A stretch of 64,000 nt of DNA, taken from NCBI GenBank assembly GCA_036172245.1, contig JAYWIR010000020.1, positions 1,860,001 to 1,924,000 of the forward strand. The letters run 5' to 3'. Under the pieces are notes generated by a model. That model was not told where the DNA came from. It did not search any database and was given only the letters and a program-made list of their open reading frames with translations. Shown here one piece after another: positions 50,001-62,580 of the stretch. Made by a program: the position numbers and the translations under genes. Source of the DNA: Raillietiella orientalis. Lineage: Eukaryota. Position 1 is the first letter of the stretch; each line of letters opens with the position of its first letter.

Positions 50001-53000
50001 AAGACTGCTCTTTATGATCAAAAAAACTTTGATTATATCAGGTGATTCACTAACAGTGCACCTAGAAGACGAGGCCAACATTCTTACACAATGACGGTAC
50101 TAAGTTCAGGCTGCTGGCGGTATGCAATTGGACTCGTTTCATAATGCAGAAAAAATGATAACCTCAAAGTCTTCTAAGCGTCGCATGCCTTTACTTTTTA
50201 ACTCTGTCTAACGTTTTCCTAAAAACTGCTAGCAAAGACTAAAAGTACATTACTTTTCCCCCAAAAAAATCGAAGTCTTTTTTCGTAAAAAAAAGTTTTT
50301 CGTATTCTCAAGGGCGGACATCCTATCTGACAAAATTAAAAGAGATGCACTTATTCATTATTTAGGGATTTGATGTAACTAAGCATATATGTAATCTAAG
50401 CATAAGTGAAAATTCAGGGCATTTTTTGTGGACATTTTTTTAAAGCCTATATCTGTATTGTTCCAGAGTACGTATCTTGCAAGTTGAATGTCTTTCATAT
50501 GCTTAGAAATTGCTTATTAGAAAAACTTTTTTGGAACAAAGTCGATATTTACAGTTTGTGCATACTTGTCTACAGGTAAAATTATTCTGTGCATTATGCT
50601 GCAAGTTATTTTTCCTTTTGGAGTATTTTTTTCTGTACTCTTTTCATCATGTTTGCTTTCGTATTTATTAGTATTTGAAACAGTCACCAACTCTGAAAGA
50701 GCTTGCATTCATTGTTCCCATATTAAATAGCCGTCGTCTTTCTATTAACACTTGTATTTTCTCGTTATGTTATTCTTGTAACTTATTGTTGAATTGTAAA
50801 TAAATAAAGTAAAACGAGATTATAGATTATAAATAAAACGAGTACTTGAATCAGTTTTGAAATACTTTGATCGCTTTTAAATACAGTGATTACTATGGTA
50901 CCATGAGTGTTGAAAGAAAAGTGTTTGAAGTATCACTAATAGATATAAGTTGTATGGTTAGATGTATGCTCAAAGGAAAGGAACTCTAGTGCTTGGAAGA
51001 TAATCGCACATTTTTAAACCAGTTTCCTATTTCGAGATTCAAAGATGTTTCGTACTTTTGAAGCATGCTTCAAAGAAATTATGAAAATGCAAAACTGTTC
51101 TTTATGAAGGTTTTTTAATGTTGTTTTAGTAAGCAAGGGTATTCAGTTTTTCAGTGAATATATTTTGACATTTCCAGAAAAGAATATACAATGCAGCGAA
51201 AATATAACGTGAAATTTTGTTTAATCAAATTAATTGTTTGGATTTGACTGCTTTTCCTGTGGGCGAAAAACAGTTCATGCTCGCCTTTTTGAACATCTTT
51301 TCTTTCTGTTCATAATATCCAAAACATTTAGTGCCCATCAGTATGGAAAGGAAAGTTGGGAAGCTTTTGTACGATACACATCGAAATCAAACAATTGAAG
51401 ACACACATAATGCTGGTATATTGCACAATAACTAACTGTAACCTGAACCAACTTATAACGCTTTGGAATGAGAGAGTTATGACCTCTCTTGAAAGGGCAG
51501 CAGCCTATTCTGCTGCTGCTCGGACACACGGTGACTTCGACAATTCCAGGCTTGTCCGAGTCGATTTCTGTAGAAAGCCACCTGATTTCGAGAGAATCAC
51601 TGCAACAAAAGCAAACATGTAATGGAATTTCCTGTTCGTTCTCGGAATGACCCTCATTTTTCATATCAAAAGATAAAGTCGGCATGGAGTTCGAATGCAG
51701 GCCACTTGCAGCTGTTTCCCTCAGGCATGTGTTTCTTGTGGTGAGGTGCGTTTCCGGAGTTTCCGATTTCCAAAAGGTACTCATCGCGTATACAACTTGG
51801 AGTGTGCAGGTGAAGAAATGTGGAAGGAGCGCACGTACGGTAAAGTGAATGTAAGTTTAGGAGAATGACAATTAAAGTCAAGAAGCTGACATTTATGGAG
51901 GTGATCGTTCAATTCTCGCAGGGAAGGTGATGGACGACGTCCATAAACTCCATACGATTGCCGTATATTGCGTGCGCAATACATATCTTTGGCAATTGAC
52001 ACAGGTCAGTTACAAGTGCATTCACGTTCAGCAAAGAATCCAACCTCCTTAAAGGAAGTCTTATATAATTAAGCCTGTTTGGCACACTTTGCTCACCTCC
52101 CAGGAGGTGCTCATTAACATTCATTTTAACGATGCAACTCCCCACAAATTGAAGGAACGTATTACGAAACCAATCACCGAGAAGCGATTGCATGTCGTTC
52201 TTACGCTCTATATTGTACTCCGTTACCCGCAGAAAACTGCTACGGTTATACAATCGCCTAATCATTAACATAGCAGTCATTCATGGAGACTCCAATCCAT
52301 GATAGGCTTTTTCCTTCCTTGATTCTCCTTGCCATCTCCCTGAGCTGTCGTCATTCCAAGTAGTCCTTAATTTGAGCAAGTGTATTGTACGCCGCCGCAT
52401 CTTTACACATACCTGATACCTTATGTAAGTTGATATAACAAAAGCTTAACAACTCGATTTGCATGTAATGTACCATCATCACATATGTAGCTTCTCTGAA
52501 CTTTGAAGGATCGATCATTTGATTATAATGAATCATATCTGATCCTCTAACAGCCTGAGTGGCTGTACTGATACAATTTCACCAAATTCTTACATTATTG
52601 AACTCTGTTTGTTTCATGAATCAGCTAAGCTTATATCCTCCACAGACATATCACTTGAATACAGGAAGAATGTTAATATGAAGTCAGCTCAACAGAAAAC
52701 AGGCTGTCTAATAATCTTTGTAATAAGCTAATTAATTTTTTTTTCTGACGCTCATCATAAGTATTTCATTTCCAAACTGGAGGAGTGCTATTAGTACAAG
52801 ATATTGGTATTTAATTTTTAATGAGAGTTTGTGTCTTGTAATAAAATTATGTGAATATTAAGTAAAATGTTCAGTTCTCCCGATCCAAAGGGACAAAATT
52901 GAAAGAATAAATTTCATGTGCTGATTGCAAAGAACACTTGCTTTTTTGTATGCTGAATTTACATAGTAGAACAATAACTACCAGTTATGATTGAAACTCA

Positions 53001-53151
53001 TACAGTGTCATGCCTATATTTCAGAATCATACTAAACAGTGCTAGAATGAATCTTTTCTCAAACAGAAATTCAGGTCCTACTTTATTCGCATGTCATTCC
53101 GACAATATAAAAGACTAAATGTTGTATAAAAACTCAACCTTTTCCTTGGGA

Positions 53152-54985
53152 TTATGAAAAGTGATCAGAATAACCAGCATAGGATCCCAGTAGTGTTTCA
53201 GCAATTCCAAGGTAATACACCATTTGAGCAATGCCAAATAAAGGTGCAATCACAATCATGCGAGCTAATCCACCTTTGAAAAATGCTCGTATGCCTTCTT
53301 GTCTAAAAATGCATCTGCAATTGACAGGATGCAATACAGTTCTTCTTTCATTATACTTACATGAAGGCATCTGTAATTCCAGCATATTGCACCTCTCCAA
53401 TACCCTTTCTAAGTAACTGTAAACGAGTTTTGACAACATCCAATGGATTAACTGCTAATGCTGAGAGTGATCCTGCTGCACAACCAGACAAAAAGGAGTG
53501 CCAAAACACAGCTTCTTCTGTAATCTATTAATAGCAAATGTACATATAACATGTGATTTTGCACCTGATTTATTCTTTTTCTTGGGGCCAAAGGAATTTA
53601 AGTGGGCAAATAATGGAAAGTAAACAATGGAAAAAGAAACATCTCTTAGCATGGTTGCTCTAGCACCTTTATACAACCCCATTATTCCCTTATCAAGCAG
53701 TAACTGCCGAGTGATACTAAAAGCAGAAGTGGGAACATAATGCTCCCCTATTCAGCACCAAGATATGTGATATTTGCTCATTTGATAATACAAAACCTTT
53801 TTGTGCAGCTACTCTTCCTGCATCTTGAAGCTGAATTTTGAGTAATTCCATTGGAGTAGTAATGATGATTTGGCAAAAACCAGCCCCTCCTCCTGCAATC
53901 ATTTCTCTTGGTAAAGAAAGCTGCCTAAATACAGAATAAAGACAGGTTGATACAAGATCTTGTAAATTTTTGATAGTAAATGTTTGCAAATCTATTAATT
54001 TAAATGTTGAGCACAAAAAGACCCAAGTAATTTAAAATTACTGTTAAAAAAAATGACTTGGAATATATATTTACTACCCTGAAGGTCTTGATAGATAATG
54101 TCGAAAAAAATCATTGGCTGCAAGCTTAATAGCTTTTTCCGGGGTAATTAGTAATATATTAACAGCAGATCCTTAAAAAGACCCTGAATTTAAAACATCC
54201 ATTATTTTAAAACATACTGCTATCATTATTTTAAAACATACAGCTAACAAATTTCATATTCATTTTTAGTTGATCTACTTTAGATTGAAAGTGGATCCTA
54301 CTTTTATTAACTGTAATTAAAAATAATACCTGATTGTTACTGTAAATAGCTACTTTAGGAACAATTGATTGAAGTGGTTTGCACTGTTGCACAATTGTTT
54401 TAATATTTACCTCTATACATGCCAAAGAATGATTCTGTTTTATAAGTTTGCCACAGGCAATTCCACCTAAAGCATAAAAAGAAACATTTTACACATACAC
54501 TGAACTAAGAATACTGCAAATGAATGCTCTTTTAAATAGAAAGTGCTCACAAATTCCTGTATTGTCGGTTCCCATTAGCTGCAATCTTCTGATTCTGAAT
54601 TCGAGTTTTTGCCAAATCCAACGGAAACACACATGAGACTCCAACAATTCCAGCAATACCTCCATTAATTATTTTCGGTAGTAACCTGCAATTCGATTAA
54701 TGACGAATCAACCCATGGTTTAAAAACGTATTTTCCTATTTTTCCTCACAGACCAGATCATTTGTTCGCAGATGGTACATGACGTGTGATCATATCAACT
54801 TACATTAAGGCATTTCCGCACGTTGAAAGAAAAACGATAAATGTACAACATAACCGGTAGTAGGGTCTGGGCTACGTCTTGTGAATTCCTTGCTTATTTT
54901 AATCAATTTAATAAATCCGGATGTATACTCCCATTTACGACACTAACCTGAACTCATGTTTCCCTTGATGGCTTCCTGAAACCAT
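53152..54985 (-). CDS. SLC25A22: Mitochondrial glutamate carrier (SLC25A22/SLC25A18, GC1 type); 8 exons, 317 aa
   Basis: Exons 54985-54948, 54685-54551, 54466-54411, 54171-54078, 53924-53797, 53747-53565, 53517-53361, 53314-53152. Protein [45 protein letters not shown]...[28 protein letters not shown]...[16 protein letters not shown]...[14 protein letters not shown]...[11 protein letters not shown]...[13 protein letters not shown] contains three Px[DE]xxKxR-type carrier signatures. Confidence 0.94.
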
Positions 54986-56666
54986 TCTTTTACTTCCAAC
55001 AGCATGTGGGTTGTGTAAGCAATGACGATGTCATCAACCGACAGCACGTGGAAGAAAGCCACATCAGAACCCTGACAGCATCTTTTTTTTTTATATATAT
55101 ATATATATATCTGCAGGAGACTGTCAGCTCCTGGAAATAGATGCTTGTGATTCACATTTAACGACGGGTTTATTTTAATGCACTTTTCAATAAATTACCT
55201 CGAATAACGCTAAGGCACTTGCTGAAATTCACGAAGGAAACGGAGCATTGGGAATCTGCAAATCATGCTTGGAAAATAAATTCATCCTATACGTTCACCG
55301 GATAGAACATCCTATTTGCAAAAATGTAAGTGAAGCTTAAGATACTGAAACATAAATTAATCATAAGGGCTGTACAGAATCTGTAGGCTGAACATCCGTT
55401 GCTGTAATTTGGTTTTCGCTACTTCTCTGAGCGTTATTCTCCTGCATTATGTTCGTTTTTTCCCTTCCCCCTCTCTTCCGTGTTTATGAGGAGCTTAAGG
55501 ACTTAGTCTTAAGGCACGGGTGCCGATGCCAGGTTTCACCGTAAGCATGGCATTTATGAAACCAACAAAAAATTCCGGTAAACAGTATACTGAAATACAA
55601 CATTGATGACACATGATGGGTTACATGCAAGTTTTTACATCATAGACTGTGATCCAAGAATTCATGCTAAATAGACGTCAGTTTCTCATCAGCCACAGGA
55701 CTACTGCTGGGCTCGAAACGTCTCCATAAATACAATATGAAAAACTGAAGGAACTGGCATTTCAGCAAATGCAAAAAGAAAGGTCCGACCAGTTCAACTG
55801 AAACAACGAGTCCAATCCGCGTCGAAGTCGAAATACTCCAAAATATATTGACAGCTCACTCAAGCACCTTTTTTTCCCTTCTTCCAGAGAGCATCCTTCT
55901 TACCTATTCCCTGCAAGGCCAATGTCTATGTTCGCTTTTAAAAATTCGAAATCAACATCATGAGAGCAGTTTTTTCTTTTCTTTTTTTCTTTCTTCCTAA
56001 GAAAGGGAATGACACGGAAATGTGCTTGTAATTTCTGAAACCAGTCTCCACTGTCATTGCATTCCACCCCGCTTCAGACTGAACCCCTACTCCCGAATCT
56101 TCTGTTACAAGAATGTTTGAATATCATTTATGAAACCTGAAAGCTAGCAACTATGCAATTTCCGGAATACATCGTTTTGTTTGTGGTCACTACTCCTATG
56201 TGAGGCGTTTTACAATTAGCTGATATTCCCATCAGCATCGTGGTTCTTTAGTGTCTCTCTTTAACAGCTATTGTCTCATGCCCCCACCTTGAACCCAAGA
56301 CTACCATTTGAGGTAATTCCATACCAACAACAGCATAGGATTGGTTGTTGTGGCCTTAAAGAAAATATTCCCTCTCATTCGTTTGTGAAAATGAGCTGAA
56401 ATTGCAAAAAATATGATTCTTGAGAATTGGGAATTAGTTTTCTTTGAATACCTTATTTGAACTCTCCTCGAGCATCTGAATTCCTTTCCTGTGTTCCAAG
56501 TCTTGTGCATGAATTTGAATTCCTGTTCCATAACATGCTAATTATTGCTGACAGTTATCAGATCTATACCGTGTTAACTTGGTCCATAATGGGAATCTGT
56601 ATCAGCGCATAAAATTTCGTATATAAATTGATTTAATGAATCCCAAAAGATTGAAGGAACAGTATT

Positions 56667-56781
56667 CGTCTCTTGTGTGAATTGGTAATTATGTTATTAG
56701 ACGTCAACATAATTACAAATTCGCACAAGAGACGCATGGACTGAAAGCACTTGCGGCAGGCTGAAAGTGCTTCCAGTCCAT
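56667..56781 (+). other. Two adjacent stem-loops (29-bp and 17-bp stems)
   Basis: cgtctcttgtgtgaattggtaattatgtt-attagacgtc-aacataattacaaattcgcacaagagacg (56667-56734), then atggactgaaagcactt-gcggcaggctga-aagtgcttccagtccat (56736-56781). Confidence 0.85.
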
Positions 56782-59077
56782 CTTCAAGAAGGTAATATTC
56801 CTTTCTCCAGATGCTTTTTTAACCTCGTAAAGAAACAAGAAAATGTGAAAATTTTCTGCCGTGACTTTAATCCGATGTAATTCGTACTTGAAAAAACCAT
56901 TCTGATGCGGGATTCAAAAGCGATACGGAAGTGGGCAAGACTGTCAACGTATTACGACCTCTTTTGGACCATACAAATTTAATGAGTGAATACACACATC
57001 CATTGCATTCATGTAGAAAAATATCCCTCATACGATGCTGTAATAAACAAACAAAATGTGGACGTGTTTTGCTTCGTTTCATCATCACTCTAATTACGAA
57101 CAATCCATTATTTCCCCTATGTTTACGAAAGACACACATAAGAAATGAGTTGAAAGTAGAAATGATTCGAAGAAGGAACAGTGACACTGGTTAGGAGAAA
57201 ACGACAAGATCCGATAAGGTGTGGAAATGTAACTCTGATGCTGAGAAACAGAGATGAAAAGCGCCATAAACATAAGAGAAAACCGGAAAAGCATGATGTT
57301 CTCCCAGCAATGGTTGCAAAGGAGGCTACTAGAAAAGCTCGATCGTTTTGGATAGGTACATCGTCGAGCGGGAATTTTAGAACAGAGGCACATTTCGGCA
57401 TCCCGAGAGCTCATTCCAAGAAAAGATGATCAGGAAAAGCCAGAAGAGTTAGCTGCATGAGGCAGAGCTCCTGAAATTGATTATCATTTGTCTCCATTCC
57501 TCAGAAGTCGTACAGGTTTTTCCTTAGAAACCAAGGAGCACTCTTTCTCAGCTGGAATGGACTTTGAAGGCATCTGCCTATTGATTTCTAATGTGGGAGC
57601 ATTCGAAAAAAGTAATAGAGCAAGAATACCGTTCTTAGCAAACTTTAATGATAAAGTATCTACTCTCAAGGAGGCTCAAGTCTCAGAAACATGATGCCGA
57701 ATTCGAGTGTAGTATCACTATTCCAACTATTTTAGTATGAACTACTTCAATTATTATGGTTCTGCTTCGTTTTTTTAATTATTCTTCTTCTATTTTTCTT
57801 CTCTTTTGCATGCAGGCAGTTTTGGATCTAGGCTAGATTCAAGTGTTTGATTTCAGACTCGGTGCTCCTACCTATAATTGCCCTGCAGTTTATCCGATGT
57901 CTTTTAGCATCAGAAGACATCATCCCTTCCAGCACGATTGTGGAAACCATTTTCTTTTATTACTCCTATCCGTACCGAAACAGCCACTCACAGACGTGGA
58001 TATGAGAAATCAAGAGTTGCATTTTCACAAAGACATGAAAAGTGCTCAAATGGAAAGTACGAGCCCTAGATTGAGAGCTGTGAAAATGTGACGACAGTCA
58101 ATCAGCGGCTCAAAAGCTTTGGTTGCGTTGCTTCTTTATCAAAAAATTCGATTTTTACTGTGTTGTTTCAAGTTTGCTGCTTGGAGGTTCCTTCCTGTCC
58201 AAAAGTTTCTCCGCCTCCTCATTCGATAGTATGTTTGGGGCAGTTCATTATTTTTCTGAATCCCTAGAAGCTGCAGAGTCGGTTCTTGCATTTCCAATCC
58301 ATGCATTTGCTATTCTGATGGCCATTTGATAGTAATCAGTTTCGATTCACAACTGTGCCTTTGGGTAGCTTCTGTTCTTTACTGCTACCTCCAAGTCTAC
58401 TGAGTTGGTTTTCTTCCCATTTTGTTTCACTTTGCATGCACCAAAGTGTCTCGATTTTTCCTGAACTTGTTTTCAAATGCCTTTTTCTTTTTAGAAACGG
58501 ACGCCATTTTGGGGGTGCCTTTGATTTGCTTTCGTGAGAGTCCGCGAAGCACTTCTGACGATCATCTCGATTTTTATTCTATCCCTGCTGCTCATATAAC
58601 AGCGTGTGTCTTGGATTGCCCTTACTGATTCATGTCGTACACCGATGCTTTCCGAGTATCACCGTTGCACGGGAGGTGTACACGTTTGGGAGAGATCTGG
58701 AATTCAGCAACGGAGCATTGGCATCCGATTCCTATTTTTGAACGATTTTTCACAAAGCTGAGGAGCTGCCCTCTCATCTGCCTCTCTTCCTTTCCTGCAC
58801 TCGAGGAAAAGGAGGAATGGAAATGGAGAGGACGTGGGATGGAAATCAAGTCCTAATTTGTATAAGAACTGTTAATCCAACTGGGTGGTTCACTGGGTGC
58901 GGTCTCCACGCAGTTTTCAAGGCACTCCGTTTCTTGGCACGCGTTCCGCGGTTTGGGAAACGCCTGTGTGCGCTTTGGAATGCACTCTATTAATCTGAAG
59001 GTTCTATCGTTTTCGTCCCATTTCATTTTTTATGATTGGCCAAGACTTTGTGATTGTGAAACGAGGGCATCGGTGTA

Positions 59078-59570
59078 TATGCGAGGCTCATCTCAAAAGT
59101 AGTGGCGGATCGGACATAAAAAAAGAACGAATAAGAGAAGCAAAAATGTATGAGTGGTTGTTCTAAACACGTGCATCCCCGTGTCATTTTTCCACGTAGT
59201 CACCATGCCTTTCCAACCACTTTTGATACCGTGGAAGAAGCTGTTTTAGACCCTCTGCATGAAATTCCACCGCCTGGGAGTTCAGCCAGGTCAGCAGCAC
59301 TGAGGTTTCGACTTCTCACTTTTCCCCCTCGAATCGTTGAGCCACTTCTGGAGGTGCAGGAAGACGTGGTAGTCACTGGGCAGAACTGTAAGGTAAGTGA
59401 TCGACAAGTTGCCAAGGAGCGGGTTGTGGCAAAGGAGACCAATTCCTCATCTCAGCATTCCACTTCGTCCGTTCTGCTGAATGGCATGGCACAGTAGACT
59501 TGCCAAGTGATGGTTATTCCCGACTCCATAAAGTCCACTAAAAGCACACCCTTTTGATCCCACACACAGC
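59078..59570 (-). mobile_element. Degenerate mariner (Tc1/mariner) transposon 3' half with a remnant terminal inverted repeat
   Basis: The minus strand translates (with frameshifts and stops) as VWDQKGVLLVDFMESGITI..YC, AIQQNGRSGMLR*GIGLL, DHLPYS, PSDYHVFLHLQKWL, QRFE..EVETSV..WLNSQAVEFHAEGLKQLLPRYQKWLERHGDYVEK* (stop 59186-59184). A TIR-like TA-TGCGAGGCTCATCTCAAAAGT lies at ~59078-59100. Confidence 0.88.
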
Positions 59571-60099
59571 TTTTTTTTGTAAATATTTTTTCATTGTAAA
59601 AAAAAGATCTACAAAAATAAACAGTCATACAAAATATTAAAAAAAAAGTCTTCCTTTGCAGTAGCTTCACATCTCCACTGCAAAGGGAGATGCTGCCTTG
59701 GAGGCACTACTTCTCGTGATCAGCTGCTCCAATGAGGTCCACACAGGAAGGGTGGGGGAAGAGGCAAACAAAAATCGTAAAAGAACACAAGAGTTCATTT
59801 TAATAAAATGTTGGCAGGATCGCAGATTTCTTCCTGGAGTCCTCAGCATCCTCTGGAGGATTCTGGCAGCTTTCTCCTCCTCTTGTTGGCAGAGATGTGA
59901 CCATTCTGTCGCCTTCCTTAAGAAGGAGCAGGAGGTTGCGATGACGCCACCGTTCCACCGGCCTCTTTCGGCGCGGCTCCTCGTCGCCACGATCACACGA
60001 AGGCAGCACGGGGCTGCAAGGGAGGAAGCTGCAGGCGACGTCGCGTCGCGCGCGAAGAGGCGCTGCAAGACCTCCCTGCCGTTGTCTATCGTGAGTGGG

Positions 60100-62580
60100 G
60101 AGGACCGCAGCGATGCGTTCCAGGACGCTCAGGAGGGCAACACGATCCAACAGCAGGTGCGGGAAGTTTTCTCGTTCCCCGCATCCGGCACAGTGTGGGG
60201 CCACAGTCCCCCTTGTCCACTGGTGGACCTCTCATGAGATCGCCCAGTGCAACACCTGCAATGCCGAGTTCTGCTTCAGGGGAAGCATGGAGCTGTCCAC
60301 AAACACTATGGATACTTCTTCCTTTTCAGGAGAATTGTCCAGGAGTTCCGCCCGACGAAGAATTCCTTTGGGGCGAGGGGTGCATGAGTTAGTCATGACG
60401 CGCTGTCCAGCATCCCAGCTGCTTCTTCTTTCCCCAGATCTCTCAGAATACTTCCCATCCTGCATCGCTATGTCCACTTTGTTGCACGGCGTCCTGCGTG
60501 TCCGCAAGTGGGGTGTTCCGCGCCCAGGTTGCCTTCCTTGGGTAGCCCAAGAATTCCCGCAACGAACAGCGAGTGCAGTTCAAGGAATGCAGTTCTCGTG
60601 CGGCACGTAGCGGCGAAGCAGTGAGAGCACTGGCAGCTCTTCAGGAGCCGTTGGATGGTACAGCTCTGAAGGAGAAGGTGGTTGATTCAGCGACGCTGTT
60701 CGTCGATGGCAGAAGCAATGCCGCCTCCTTGGGGGAAGCTCTGTTTGCTAGATTCTGACCCGGGTGAGTGGGATAGCGCTTTTTTTGTTGCGCCAGCGTG
60801 CCCTGACACATGAAGCTGGACCCTCTCTCTGGAGCACGCCTGCGCGAGACGTACAGTGGGATACTAGAGATCTGGAGTGGCGTTGGCAATGACTCACAGA
60901 TATCTCAGATATCGTGCTGCATCCCGCGCTGAGTGGTTTGTTGGGCAGCTTGCAAGTAGTCCGTTGCGTGGCTCCTGCAGATGCACGCAGTCAGTCCGGT
61001 TGCTCCCATCCCTTAACGGAAGTGTTGTTTCTGCCGGAAGTTTACTTTCCCCCTATGTACCAGAAGCAGATTGCACATGTCAGTTGCATTCTTCTGGAAC
61101 CGATGGTCCGCGCTGTCCTGCCCACTCGACGCGGTGTACTTCGTGCGTTTCGAGTGCCCCTATTTCCTGGCGCTTGGGTGCCCACCTTCGAGGCTTCCTG
61201 GCAGCGTGCTCCAGCTTCCGCCACGGTGCCGTTTGAAGGCAGTAGCGGGCACCAGAGAGCCAGGAAAAATGGGCACCCGAAATAGGGCCATTGCTGTATC
61301 GCGCCTCGCGGTTCATTCTCTCCGATGCCGCGCATTCCTCTGTCGGCTTTTCTGATTCAGCACACTCAGGATTGCCAGGTTTCGCCGACAACATCCGCAG
61401 GAAGTCGAACGCACTACGATGATTTCTTATCGGAGTCCTCGATCCTTCCAGATGACCGCTCCCTCCGTAACGCTTGCCTGCCTGCACGGCAGCGTGGAGA
61501 GGCAGGTGGCGCGGAAGGCGCGCGTGCATCAGTCTGTGAGAAGGCGATGCCTTGGTCTCTGGATCTCTTTTTTTCAGGCCATCTGGAGGAGAGTCCTCCA
61601 CTCGATCCGTGCTAGAAAGAGGCACTCCGTCTAGGAAGAGCGATCCCTCCTGCTGCTCCAGGGATTCCTCAGTTGCGGGCCGATCGGCGACCTCTCCGAC
61701 TGGGGCGCTCGACGGTGCGTTGCCCCCGGTGTTCGGTTTCCAGTCCATAGCGGTCCCATAAAAGTGGTGCGCCTGAGATTGTCACCCATGGGGAGCGACT
61801 TGCGCGCCCGCCGCGTTCTCCTCCTCCGCGGGAGACAGGATCACAGGCATCGCGATTGCTCCGGGCTCGTGTCTGACCGCCCACGCCTGACCTGTTTTCT
61901 ATTTCCAGGCAGTAAAGCTGGTAGGAACGACAAGGAAATCCATCTGTTCTCCTGGACCAAGGCAACCTATTTCCGGAGTTGGAACCCTCTTCGGGGTAAC
62001 TGTCGGTGACCATGTACGAGGAACGTACAGAGTCCCTCAGCACCGGCTGCTCGCTTGGCCAGGAGACGCACCAATGCGTGGTCCCATTGACTAATCTTTC
62101 GCACTGGAGCTGAGGCTCTGTCCTCTTCGGCGTTCCGACGCGGCGCGCTCAAGTCCTTCAAGCGGACCCCGGACCCCCTTTTTCGCAGAAGGTCCTCAGT
62201 CCATGTTTTTTTACATCTCTGGGTGGAAAGGGGGGGAGGGCAAACAAAAAAGACCCTCTTTATTAGGACGACCTCCAGCTAGGAGCACGTTTTGTCAGGA
62301 GCCAGTCCGGGATAAGCAGAACTACCATTTCCTTCCATACATTCTGAAAGCTTTTGGCCTTGTTGCGTGACCCGGGATGATTCAGTTTTACTGCTGACAT
62401 GGAAGCTTCCAGTAGTTTCTTCATCCCCCATTTGGATTTTTCCTGGCTCTTAACTGTCACAGAAGCTTTGTTTCTCCTAGGGGTTAGAATACACCAAATA
62501 TTCTTTCCAGCTGCTTCTGCTATACTGTGGTTGTCCGTGTGGTTGTAGTGTTTCTGCTTTAGTGGTCCGGGGAACAACTA
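60100..62580 (-). mobile_element. Highly decayed non-LTR retrotransposon ORF2 remnants
   Basis: In plausible order on the minus strand: FQNVWKEMVVLLIP (~62310-62350, like RT WKxAxVxxIPK), ELPQGGG (~60725-60740, like GVPQG) and HCAGCGERENFPHLLLD (~60145-60195, like C-terminal CxxC...HxLxxC). No intact ORF. Confidence 0.4.

Noticed and set aside
56850..57700. Possible RT remnants (FGIP, MRQS...LSPFL)
   Set aside because: The motifs are too degenerate to support without a profile search.
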